Of a DNA stretch of 60,585 bases, positions 45,067-53,449 are shown in pieces. This stretch comes from a candidate division CPR2 bacterium GW2011_GWC2_39_35 (GTDB lineage: Bacteria; Patescibacteriota; CPR2): contig LBWX01000002.1 of the NCBI GenBank assembly GCA_000995065.1, forward strand, positions 1-60,585. Reading direction: 5' to 3'. The notes below the pieces were generated by a model, which had not been told where the DNA came from, did not search any database, and saw only the letters and a program-made list of their open reading frames with translations. How positions within the stretch are numbered: the stretch's first letter is position 1; the number at the start of each line of letters is the position of its first letter. The position numbers and the translations under genes are program-made.

Positions 45067-45816
45067 ATGAAAGAACAGGTTGTTATAAATGGCTTGCTTA
45101 TAAACTTTTACAAGTTTTCCGGTAAGGGCGATGGGGTCCTCATTTTTCTTCATGGCTGGCGGTCTAACGGCCTTGTTTGGCAAAATGCCGCCCTAAAGCT
45201 TGCAAAGGACGGTTTCTTAGTTTACGCCTTGGACCTGCCCGGTTTCGGCGAGTCAGCCCTACCCAAGAACGCTTTTACGTTACAAGATTATGCCGATATC
45301 GTTACCCAATTTCTAAAAAAGACGGGGATTAAGAAAGCGACTCTTATTGGCCACTCTTTTGGCGGCAGAATTTCCATCATGCTCTCGGCTACCAAGCCGG
45401 AACTGGTAGAAAAAGTCGTACTGGTGGACAGCGCCGGCCTCATCCTAAATAGAAGAACTGCTCTAAAAACAATCGCAAAGTTGGTAAAGCCCTTCTTTAA
45501 GCCAAAATTTATGAAAACAGTTAGGGAGAAAATTTATGAAAAAATCGGAGCAGAGGATTACGTGGCCACGCCGGAACTAAGAGAAACTTTTTTAAACCTT
45601 ATTAACGAAGACTTAACAAATTACCTCCCCAAGATAAAACAACCGGTTCTTTTGATCTGGGGCGATAAAGACAAGGATGCCCCGATTGAAGCGGCTGCGC
45701 TCATGCATCAAAACATTAAAAATTCTAAACTAGTAATCCTAGAAAATACCGGCCACTTTAGTTTTCTTGACAAGCCGGATCAGTTTTACAAGGAATTAAT
45801 TAAATTTATATGCTAA
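45067..45816 (+). CDS. Alpha/beta-fold hydrolase
   Basis: HGWRSNG oxyanion region, nucleophile elbow GHSFGG, C-terminal GHFSF. Confidence 0.8.
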   Translation: MKEQVVINGLLINFYKFSGKGDGVLIFLHGWRSNGLVWQNAALKLAKDGFLVYALDLPGFGESALPKNAFTLQDYADIVTQFLKKTGIKKATLIGHSFGGRISIMLSATKPELVEKVVLVDSAGLILNRRTALKTIAKLVKPFFKPKFMKTVREKIYEKIGAEDYVATPELRETFLNLINEDLTNYLPKIKQPVLLIWGDKDKDAPIEAAALMHQNIKNSKLVILENTGHFSFLDKPDQFYKELIKFIC

Positions 45817-47234
45817 TCATGAATCCAATACTAATCATAAAATATCAGCTTTATCTTTTGCAGCTCGAAAATTACGAGCTTGGAAGATATTGGAAATTAA
45901 TCCTTAAAAAAGGCTATTTTAGGTCCAAACAGCCCTTAAGAAAAGAACTGGTTTGGACTAATAAGACCAAAATCATTTTTCTTATCTCTGTAATCCTTAT
46001 TGGAGCCGGTAAGATAATCGCATTTCAATTTGGATTTTTTGCCGTCATTTTGTGGCTTGTCTTTGCCCTTTTGTCCCTGCCTCTTTTCTTTACCATAGCC
46101 CTCGTTTCTATTATACCAGTTGACCTGACCATTAAAAAATATCTCATTGGTAAGGCTAAAAAAATTATTAAGAGCAAGGAGAAATTAATAATCATCGGTA
46201 TTGCCGGCAGTTACGGCAAAACCACTATGAAGAATGTCCTAACGACTATCTTAGAGACCCATTATAAAGTTTTGGCCACTCCAGAAAGCGTTAATACTTC
46301 GGTCGGAATCGCCCGCTGGCTTCTTAATAAGTTCGACAATAATACCGAGATTTTAATAATCGAGATGGGCGAGCATTACAAGGGCGACATCAAATATTTA
46401 TGCTCCATAACCCCGCCAGATATTGCTGTCCTTACAGGCATTAACGAAGCTCATATCGAAAGGCTTGGCAGTATAAAGACTTCTATAAGTACGATGTTCG
46501 AACTAGTTGAAAACGCTCGAAAAGACGCTCTAATAATTCTTAACGCGGATGATGAAAACATCAAAAAGAATTATAAAGGCTTTACCGAAGGCAAAAATAT
46601 CTCTTTTTATAGCTATAAAAACGATGCCTTGGTCAAAATAAAGATAAAAAATAAAAAATTTGATCCCCGAAATCTGGTCTGGACATTTGATGCAGACAGC
46701 TTAGGCACCCTTAGCACTTCGGTATTAGGAGAATACATTTTAGGCCATATAATCAACGGGATAACGGTTTCTAAATATTTAAATTTAAACGATAAAGAAA
46801 TTAAAATGGGCATCTTTAGGATTAAACCGGTCGAGCATCGGCTCCAACCGATAAAAAGCAATGCCGATATTTTGGTGATTGATGACAGCTACAACGGTAA
46901 TCCTGACGGCGTCATGGAATCAATCGAGCTACTTGATAAATTTAAAGATAGACGAAAACTTTTTATAACCCCAGGCCTCGTTGAGACCGGCGACAAGGCC
47001 CCCGAAGTCCATCAAGAAATCGGCAGGAATTTGGCAAAAGTGGCAACGCAAGTTATTCTTATTAGAAATAGCGTGACACCGTTTATCGAAAAGGGCCTAG
47101 CAGAAGGAAATTTTGATACGTCTCAGATTATCTGGTTCGACACTGCCGAGGAAGCGCACCAGGCTTTAGGTGGTATACTAAAACCAAACGATGTTATACT
47201 TTTTCAGAATGACTGGGGAGACCAATATGTATAA
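45810..47234 (+). CDS. murF: MurF-type Mur ligase with an N-terminal membrane domain in place of the usual N-terminal domain
   Basis: GIAGSYGKTTMKN P-loop and DDSYNGNP (the MurF DxSYNANP motif). The first ~115 aa contain 2-3 hydrophobic helices. Confidence 0.6.
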   Translation: MLIMNPILIIKYQLYLLQLENYELGRYWKLILKKGYFRSKQPLRKELVWTNKTKIIFLISVILIGAGKIIAFQFGFFAVILWLVFALLSLPLFFTIALVSIIPVDLTIKKYLIGKAKKIIKSKEKLIIIGIAGSYGKTTMKNVLTTILETHYKVLATPESVNTSVGIARWLLNKFDNNTEILIIEMGEHYKGDIKYLCSITPPDIAVLTGINEAHIERLGSIKTSISTMFELVENARKDALIILNADDENIKKNYKGFTEGKNISFYSYKNDALVKIKIKNKKFDPRNLVWTFDADSLGTLSTSVLGEYILGHIINGITVSKYLNLNDKEIKMGIFRIKPVEHRLQPIKSNADILVIDDSYNGNPDGVMESIELLDKFKDRRKLFITPGLVETGDKAPEVHQEIGRNLAKVATQVILIRNSVTPFIEKGLAEGNFDTSQIIWFDTAEEAHQALGGILKPNDVILFQNDWGDQYV

Positions 47235-47293
47235 AAATTCAAAGTTCATAATGCAAAAGTCAAATGTAATTTTGATTTTTGACCTTTGAATTT
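47235..47293 (+). terminator. Long hairpin after the murF-like gene
   Basis: AAATTCAAAG...CTTTGAATTT outer stem and GTCAAA...TTTGAC inner stem. Weak T tail. Confidence 0.35.
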
Positions 47294-47362
47294 TGACTTA
47301 ATACGTGGCGTATATATCTTTAGTTCCCATTAAGGAATAAGATTGAATTAAAAGGAGATAGT

Positions 47363-48550
47363 ATGAATAGCAAGACTATTGGAGTTTTTTTTGGCTCAAG
47401 GAGCGCTGAGCATGACATTTCAATAATTACGGCTCAACTTGCCATATCCGGCCTAAAGGGGCTAGATTATAACATTGTCCCGGTTTACATTAGCCGAGAT
47501 GGAATTTGGATGATTGACGATGAGCTGGGGCGCCTTGCCACCTTTACGGACCCCAAAAAGGATGTAAGCAAGGAAAATAGATATAAACAGTATTATTTAG
47601 ACCTCGAGAATTCTAACGGTAAACTTACCTTTAAGAAAAAGGGTCTTAGGGGAAAATCTGTTACCATAGACCTTGCCTTCCCAACTTTTCATGGCACTTT
47701 TGGCGAAGACGGCACCATCCAAGGTCTATTTGAGATGTTTAATGTGCCTTACGTCGGTTGCGACGTTGCGTCTTCCGCCCTCGCCATGGACAAGGTACTG
47801 GTTAAACAAATGTGCGAAATTCATGGCATTCCTACCACCAAATATATTTATTTCTACAATAAAGATTGGAAAGAAAATAAAAAATACATTCTAGAAAGAG
47901 CCAAAAAGGAACTGAAATTCCCTGTTTTTGTAAAGCCTGTTCATTTGGGATCCTCAATCGGCATTGCTAAGGTTAACGATTTTAAAGATTTGGAAGACAA
48001 AATTGAGGTGGCGCTCTACTACGATAATAAAGTCTTAGTAGAAGAAGGTATTACGGACTTAATGGATGTTACTTGCTGCCTCCTCGGTAATGAAGATCTC
48101 GAAGCGTCTCTCTTGCAGGAATCCGTATTTAAGTCCGACTTCTTTGATTTTGATGAAAAATATATAAACGAAGGCGGTGCTCAAATTGGTAATAACGAGA
48201 ACGGTTTGGCTATCCCGGCCAGACTAGATAAAGAAATGACCAGAAACATCCAGGACACGGCCAAAGAAGTATTTAAGGTTCTTGGTTGCAGCGGTATTGC
48301 CAGAGTCGACTTTTTGATAAGCAAAAAGACCAATAACTTTTATATTGCCGAAGTAAACCCCATGCCAGGCACTTTGTATCTACACATTTGGGAACCAAGC
48401 GGCATAGATATTAATGAACTGCTAAAAAGGTTGATCGAACTAGCTGAAAATAAACACAAACAAAAGCAAGATATAAATTATAGTTTTTCTTCCAGCTTCT
48501 TAACCAACCTAAACGGCTCAAAGTTAGGGAAAGGAAAGAAGCTAGGATAG
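47363..48550 (+). CDS. ddl: D-alanine--D-alanine ligase
   Basis: FGSRSAEHDIS, HGTFGEDGTIQGLFE, and ATP-grasp C-terminal ARVDFLI...EVNPMPG. Confidence 0.85.
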   Translation: MNSKTIGVFFGSRSAEHDISIITAQLAISGLKGLDYNIVPVYISRDGIWMIDDELGRLATFTDPKKDVSKENRYKQYYLDLENSNGKLTFKKKGLRGKSVTIDLAFPTFHGTFGEDGTIQGLFEMFNVPYVGCDVASSALAMDKVLVKQMCEIHGIPTTKYIYFYNKDWKENKKYILERAKKELKFPVFVKPVHLGSSIGIAKVNDFKDLEDKIEVALYYDNKVLVEEGITDLMDVTCCLLGNEDLEASLLQESVFKSDFFDFDEKYINEGGAQIGNNENGLAIPARLDKEMTRNIQDTAKEVFKVLGCSGIARVDFLISKKTNNFYIAEVNPMPGTLYLHIWEPSGIDINELLKRLIELAENKHKQKQDINYSFSSSFLTNLNGSKLGKGKKLG

Positions 48551-48625
48551 AAAAATTGGGAGAAATAACTAAGGAGTTATGATAATGTCCTAGTATTTAA
48601 CTTAAATAATATCCATCCTCAAACT

Positions 48626-49552
48626 ATGCCCCAAGAATTAAAATTACTAACTTACGATAATTTTTCCGAACATCCGCAAGTATTAAATGCTATTACCACA
48701 AGGAAGGGCGGAGTGAGTAAAGGTGTTTATCATTCTTTAAATCTTGCTCTTCATGTTGGCGATAGCTATGGAATGGTTGTTAGAAACCGGGAAATACTAA
48801 GCGATGACCTGGGTATTGATCCCAAATCCCTTACTCTTGGAGAACAAATACATGGTTCTAATGTGTTTATCGTAAAAGAAGAAGACAAAGGCCGCGGCGC
48901 ATTAGGCCTCGAAGGCGCCATTAAGGGAGCGGACTCTCTTATAACAAACCTTCCCAACATACCTCTCGTTGTTTTAGTAGCCGATTGCGCCGCAGTGTCC
49001 TTATACGACCCCATAAAAAAAGTTGCTGCTATTGCACATGCCGGCTGGCGAGGCGCCTCCCAAAGAATCGTTTCTAAGACCACATTGAAGATGGTCGAAG
49101 ATTTCGGTTCTAAACCGTCAGATATAATTGTTGGCGTCAGTCCCGCAATCGGCCCCAGCCGGTTAGAAGTAGGCAAAGAGGTTTATAAAGAATTTAAAAA
49201 AAGTTATGGCCCCGACGTCCATCGGTTCTTTGCTGAAAGCTCCCTAATACGTCATTCTGAACTTGCCTGCCCGTCCGAAGCGCAGCGAAGTAGGGTTTCA
49301 GAATCCCATTCGGACTGGATTCCCGCCGCCGCGGGAATGACAGAAAAGGGAAATTCTGAAGAGAAGTATTATTTAAACCTTTGGTTAGCAATAGAGCATC
49401 AACTTATAAACACCGGGGTTTTAAAAGAAAACATCGAAATAATGGCGCATTGTACTGCTTGTGATACCGATAACTTTTATTCCCACCGCGCAGAACATGG
49501 CAAAACCGGCCGTTTTGCCGGCCTTGTCATGATTAAAGAGCAAATCCTTTAA
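48626..49552 (+). CDS. pgeF: YfiH/PgeF-family (laccase-domain) protein carrying an in-frame palindromic-element insertion
   Basis: ADCAAVSLYD, AHAGWRG, CTACDTDNFYSHR motifs. An extra segment SSLIRHSELACPSEAQRSRVSESHSDWIPAAAGMTEKG sits between conserved blocks. Confidence 0.75.
   Translation: MPQELKLLTYDNFSEHPQVLNAITTRKGGVSKGVYHSLNLALHVGDSYGMVVRNREILSDDLGIDPKSLTLGEQIHGSNVFIVKEEDKGRGALGLEGAIKGADSLITNLPNIPLVVLVADCAAVSLYDPIKKVAAIAHAGWRGASQRIVSKTTLKMVEDFGSKPSDIIVGVSPAIGPSRLEVGKEVYKEFKKSYGPDVHRFFAESSLIRHSELACPSEAQRSRVSESHSDWIPAAAGMTEKGNSEEKYYLNLWLAIEHQLINTGVLKENIEIMAHCTACDTDNFYSHRAEHGKTGRFAGLVMIKEQIL
49251..49341. repeat. About 91-nt double-hairpin palindromic element inside pgeF
   Basis: GTCATTCTGAAC...GTTTCAGAATC and GGATTCCCGC-CGCC-GCGGGAATGAC. 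The termini CGTCATTC...GAATGACAG resemble the 22008 and 50225 elements. Confidence 0.65.
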
Positions 49553-49555
49553 AAA

Positions 49556-49585
49556 GGGTTAGACCCTTTTTAAAGGATTGAACCC
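49556..49585. repeat. Degenerate REP copy between the convergent pgeF and pyrE genes
   Basis: AAAAAGGGTTAGACCCTTTTT followed by decayed partner GGATTGAACCC. Confidence 0.5.
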
Positions 49586-49605
49586 TAAAGAAAACTCAAA
49601 GTGCA

Positions 49606-50205
49606 TTACGCTACTTTATGTACCTTTATAAATTCGGTTGCTTTGTCATATTCTTCGCGAGTGATTTTTTTAAAAGTAAGCAAGGTATCTAATATCTCAG
49701 ATATCTTAGCCACACTATGAAGCTTATATCCTCTTTCGGCCAGTTTTTTATCCCCGCCTTGTTCTCTGTCTACCAGTACAATAAAGTCTTTAATAACGAT
49801 GCCTTCGGCTTCAAATGGCTCTGCGGTCTCGAACTTGGATTCACCGGTAGTAATAAGATCATCAACCACCACACAAACATCGCCTTTTTTATATATCCCT
49901 TCGATAAGTTTTTTAGTGCCGTAATCTTTTTTTTCTTTTCTAGCGTAAATCATTGGAATCTCGTTCTTTAAAGAAATAGCCGTCGCAATCGGGATCGCCG
50001 TATAGGGAATTCCGGCTACGAGGTCGTAATCTAAAGCATTCATCTTCTTTATCATAAGGGAGGCGATCTCTTTTAAAATTCTCGGATATGAAACTAAAAT
50101 CCTTAGATCGATATATATAGGAGACATCATGCCAGATTTAAGCTTAAACTCGCCAAACTTAACGGCGCCGATGTCAAACAAATCTAAGATTAGTTCTTCT
50201 TTCAT
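49606..50205 (-). CDS. pyrE: Orotate phosphoribosyltransferase
   Basis: MKEELILDLFDIGAVKFGEFKLKSG and the PRPP loop VVVDDLITTGES. ATG 50205 follows AAGGAG; the listed start 50229 lies inside a repeat element. Confidence 0.85.
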   Translation of the reverse strand: MKEELILDLFDIGAVKFGEFKLKSGMMSPIYIDLRILVSYPRILKEIASLMIKKMNALDYDLVAGIPYTAIPIATAISLKNEIPMIYARKEKKDYGTKKLIEGIYKKGDVCVVVDDLITTGESKFETAEPFEAEGIVIKDFIVLVDREQGGDKKLAERGYKLHSVAKISEILDTLLTFKKITREEYDKATEFIKVHKVA

Positions 50206-50224
50206 TTTTCTCCTTATAATTAAC

Positions 50225-50305
50225 GTCATTGCGAAGAGTGAAACGATGAAGCAATCTCATCCGTTATTCAAGAGATTGCCGCGCTCTCCGTTCGCTCTTA
50301 GTGAC
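50225..50305. repeat. About 81-nt palindromic element, same family as 22008-22132, at the pyrB/pyrE junction
   Basis: GTCATTGCGAAGAGTGAAACGATGAAGCAATCTC-loop-GAGATTGCCGCGCTCTCCGTTCGCTCTTAGTGAC. Confidence 0.7.
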
Positions 50306-51228
50306 AACTTCCTAATATCTATCTTTCCTAACACAAAAGCCAAGAGCGCCATCCTTACGTAAAGTCCATTTTCTACCTGATCAAAATACTTGGCTCGTCT
50401 ATCCTCGTCTACGTCGGTGGCAATTTCATTCACGCGAGGCAACGGATGCATAATTATCATATCATTTTTAGCATTTGCCAAAAGACTTTTATTTAGAATA
50501 AACGAATCCTTAAGCCGCAAATAGTCAGCCTCCTCCGCAAATCTTTCTTTTTGAATCCGAGTCATGTACAAAACATCCACTTCCGGCAAAACGCTTTTTA
50601 AATCTTCCGTTTCCTCATAGTCTGCCACATTTTCCAAATATTTAGATGGGGTCTTAAGCTCCTCCGGCGAGACTAGATAAAACTTTACATCGTTATAAAG
50701 CGATAAAAGCTGAATCGTAGAATGCATCGTGCGCCCATATTTAAGATCGCCTACCATCGCAATCTTAAGCCCCTCAATCGTTTTCTTTTCCTTTTTTATT
50801 GTGTAGAAATCCAGAAAGGCTTGTGTTGGGTGGTCGCCCGGGCCATCACCAGCGTTAACTACGGGAATTTTGGCCGCTCCTGCCGCTATTTTGGCTGAAC
50901 CAAGTTCCGGATGACGAATTACAATTACATCTGCATATCTTTCGATAGTTTTGATGGTATCTTCCAAAGTCTCCCCTTTAGCCATCGAAGAAAAATTGAC
51001 TCCCGTCGCCGAAACTACTTGGCCGCCAAGTTTAAACATCGCTGCTTCGAAAGAAAAACGGGTTCTGGTAGAGGGTTCGAAAAAGAGGGAAGCCAGGATT
51101 TTGCCCCTTAGAAGATCCAGACTACCTTTGGCGTTAACTTCTTCTTCCATCTTAAAAGAGGCCTCAAGAATAGCTTCCAATTCGTCTTTGCTAAAATCGC
51201 TGATGGAAATGATGTCCTGCTTTGGCAT
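50257..51228 (-). CDS. pyrB: Aspartate carbamoyltransferase catalytic subunit; the last ~16 codons are supplied by the repeat element
   Basis: STRTR, HPTQ and HPLPR motifs. The tail LSLRANGERGNLLNNG is encoded by 50257-50305. Confidence 0.85.
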   Translation of the reverse strand: MPKQDIISISDFSKDELEAILEASFKMEEEVNAKGSLDLLRGKILASLFFEPSTRTRFSFEAAMFKLGGQVVSATGVNFSSMAKGETLEDTIKTIERYADVIVIRHPELGSAKIAAGAAKIPVVNAGDGPGDHPTQAFLDFYTIKKEKKTIEGLKIAMVGDLKYGRTMHSTIQLLSLYNDVKFYLVSPEELKTPSKYLENVADYEETEDLKSVLPEVDVLYMTRIQKERFAEEADYLRLKDSFILNKSLLANAKNDMIIMHPLPRVNEIATDVDEDRRAKYFDQVENGLYVRMALLAFVLGKIDIRKLSLRANGERGNLLNNG

Positions 51229-51266
51229 ATTTGGAGTTCCCTTTTATCTTTAGAGATTGTATATGA

Positions 51267-51290
51267 TTGTTCGAGCGAAGTCGAGAATAA
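51267..51290. repeat. Minimal copy of the TTCGA...TCGA(A)GAATAA element at the pyrC/pyrB junction
   Basis: TTGTTCGAGCGAAGTCGAGAATAA. Confidence 0.4.
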
Positions 51291-51300
51291 TTAATAAATT

Positions 51301-51340
51301 AATAGCCACTTGTTAAGCGATCGCGTTAAAAGTGGCTATT
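51301..51340 (-). terminator. Perfect 11-bp stem hairpin between pyrC and pyrB; an attenuator or terminator candidate
   Basis: AATAGCCACTT-18 nt loop containing GCGATCGC-AAGTGGCTATT, followed on the minus strand by AATTTATTAATTATT. Confidence 0.4.
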
Positions 51341-51364
51341 AACAGAATTATTTTATACAAAATA

Positions 51365-52525
51365 CTAGATACTAATCACTCTACCCTTCAGTCCCATCCC
51401 TTCATAGGGACTCCAGCCGCACTTGGAATGGAGATCCTTGGCATTTACTTCCCAAATCTCGTTCATATCAACTATCGTTTCAGCGCCAGCGTTATCTAAA
51501 CCGAATATTCTTGAAGCGTTCGTGCTTGTGAGTTCAATTAATTTTTCCATCGTCAATTTTCCTTCATTTACTGCATTTAGTATAAGGGGTAACAAAGTTT
51601 CGACACCAGGGATTCCGGATGGCGCCTGCCAGTATCCTTGCTTTTTTTCTTCAGGGAGATGCGGTGCATGATCGCTGCCCAGGCAATCGATAATACCGGC
51701 ATCAATAGCGTCCCAAAGCGCCTTTACGTGGTCTTTAGAACGAATTGGCGGATTTACTTTTACAAAATTGCCCCATTTGTCGTAGGCCGATTCGTCTAAA
51801 AATAAATGATGAGGCGTCACTTCGGCATAAACCGGCAAACCCTCGGCCTTGGCTTTTTTAATTAGCTCCACTTCATCCTTAGTAGAAATATGGCAAAAAT
51901 AAACCGGATGATTGGTTTTTCGAACCAGATTAAGGAGTTTTTCTACGGCCGAGGCAGCCGTTTCCGGATTTCTAATAAGAGAATGGATTTTAGGATCAGC
52001 CTGCCCTTCATATTTTTTGGTATTTTTCTGAATCAGTTCTTCATCTTCGGCATGAACAGTAATTACTTTGGTTGTCTCTTGCATCATTTTTTCTATGATT
52101 TTAAGATCGTTTACCAAAAGATTTCCGGTAGAAGAACCGAAATAGACCTTAATAGAAGCAATTTTATCCTCGACTTTCTTAATTTCCTCCAAATTATTGT
52201 TTGTTGCCCCAAAGTTAAAACCGAATTTTAAGCTATTTACTGCTCGAGCCTGTCTGGAAATACCCACGAATATTGCACTTCTCGACTCACTTCGCTCGCT
52301 CGAAGAATAATTGCCGGCTATCTTTTCTGTTTCTCTAATCTTCCAATCAAGATCAGCCTCAGTGGTTGTTGCCGGATTGGTATTCGGCATATCCAAAACG
52401 TAAGTTACCCCACCGGCCAAGGCTGCCGCCGAACCGGAACGATAATCTTCTTTATATTCTGCTCCGGGAGTTCGAAAATGAACATGCGGGTCGATGATGC
52501 CGGGAATAGAAATCTTTTTAGACAT
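51365..52525 (-). CDS. pyrC: Dihydroorotase
   Basis: IDPHVHFRTPG metal site, CHIST, GSDHAPH. Contains a repeat-derived segment SSSERSESRS. Confidence 0.85.
   Translation of the reverse strand: MSKKISIPGIIDPHVHFRTPGAEYKEDYRSGSAAALAGGVTYVLDMPNTNPATTTEADLDWKIRETEKIAGNYSSSERSESRSAIFVGISRQARAVNSLKFGFNFGATNNNLEEIKKVEDKIASIKVYFGSSTGNLLVNDLKIIEKMMQETTKVITVHAEDEELIQKNTKKYEGQADPKIHSLIRNPETAASAVEKLLNLVRKTNHPVYFCHISTKDEVELIKKAKAEGLPVYAEVTPHHLFLDESAYDKWGNFVKVNPPIRSKDHVKALWDAIDAGIIDCLGSDHAPHLPEEKKQGYWQAPSGIPGVETLLPLILNAVNEGKLTMEKLIELTSTNASRIFGLDNAGAETIVDMNEIWEVNAKDLHSKCGWSPYEGMGLKGRVISI
52279..52310. repeat. Copy of the TCGACTC...TCGAAGAATAA element inside pyrC, in frame
   Basis: CTTCTCGACTCACTTCGCTCGCTCGAAGAATAA. 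The right half matches 52577-52600 (CTCACTTCGTTCGAAGAATAA). Confidence 0.5.
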
Positions 52526-52540
52526 AAAGCTCCTTCCTTA

Positions 52541-52605
52541 CTGTTCGAACTCTAGGGAGAACTTTTGATCTCGGAGCTTCTCACTTCGTTCGAAGAATAA
52601 ACTCT
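52541..52605. repeat. Solo hairpin copy of the TTCGA(A)C...GTTCGAAGAATAA element at the pyrF/pyrC junction
   Basis: TGTTCGAACTCTAGGGAGAAC-TTTTGATCTCGGAGC-TTCTCACTTCGTTCGAAGAATAAA. Stems TTCGAAC/GTTCGAA and GAGAA/TTCTC. Confidence 0.6.
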
Positions 52606-52619
52606 TTATTTCCTACTAA

Positions 52620-53432
52620 CTATTTTCGATACTTATTTATCTCATCCCTAAGCTGGATGGTGGCTTCTCTGGCCGCTTCGGCGAAGTCTTCACCGGAAGA
52701 AGCATAGATAATGCCCCTGGCGGAAACAATTACCAGCCCCTTTCCGTCTTCTCTTAAACCAGCTTTAAGGGTTTTTTCGACGTCCCCGCCTTGAGATCCG
52801 ATTCCGGGAACTAAAAAAGTGGTTCCTGGCGCCATTTTCCGAATTGCCCCTAACTCCTCAGGGAAAGTGGCGCCGGTGACAAGCCCAGCATTACCGTTCT
52901 CATCCCATTCGAGTACCTTTTTAACCACAGTTTCGTAAAGCGGCTTACCATCGCAAATTAAGTTCTGAAAATCTGCCCCTCCCGGATTAGAAGTTCTCGC
53001 AAGCACAAAAATCCCTTTATCTTTGTATTCCAAAAAAGGTTTTACAGAGTCACTTCCCATATAAGGATTAATAGTTAAAGCGTCTGAGCCGAGATTATCA
53101 AACATGCTCTTAGCATACATCTTGGCGGTATTTCCAATATCATTTCTTTTGGCATCGATAATTACCAAACCATCAAGCTCGTGAACATAGTCGATCGTTT
53201 TCTTTAGAGATTCTAATCCTTTTATCCCGTAAGCCTCAAAAAAAGCAATATTTGGTTTATAAGCGCAGACGAGATCGATGGTCGTATCAACTATCCCTTT
53301 GCAAAAAGAAAATATGGGATCTTCATCGCCTAGTAAATGCTTAGGGATTTTATCCATATCCGGATCAAAACCCGGACAAACGAGAGAATTATTTTTTTCC
53401 TGTAGTTGTTCAAGTTGTTTAAAAAAGGTCAT
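52620..53432 (-). CDS. pyrF: Orotidine-5'-phosphate decarboxylase (long, type 2)
   Basis: DAKRNDIGNTA motif and overall length. Confidence 0.85.
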   Translation of the reverse strand: MTFFKQLEQLQEKNNSLVCPGFDPDMDKIPKHLLGDEDPIFSFCKGIVDTTIDLVCAYKPNIAFFEAYGIKGLESLKKTIDYVHELDGLVIIDAKRNDIGNTAKMYAKSMFDNLGSDALTINPYMGSDSVKPFLEYKDKGIFVLARTSNPGGADFQNLICDGKPLYETVVKKVLEWDENGNAGLVTGATFPEELGAIRKMAPGTTFLVPGIGSQGGDVEKTLKAGLREDGKGLVIVSARGIIYASSGEDFAEAAREATIQLRDEINKYRK

Positions 53433-53449
53433 ATTGTCTCCTTTTTATA

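Noticed and set aside
44908-45183. 91-aa minus-strand ORF overlapping the start of the alpha/beta hydrolase gene.
   Set aside because: It overlaps a well-supported plus-strand gene and that gene's promoter region. The sequence is low-complexity and AT-driven, with no SD.
50206-50229. Longer N-terminal extensions offered by the ORF track: pyrE 50229, TPR protein 31601, CYTH 30436, PadR 57862, C39-like 57883, PPIase 9180, and giant gene 7428.
   Set aside because: In each case an internal ATG or GTG has a GGAGG-type SD at proper spacing, and the extension either translates a repeat element or promoter or adds non-homologous residues.
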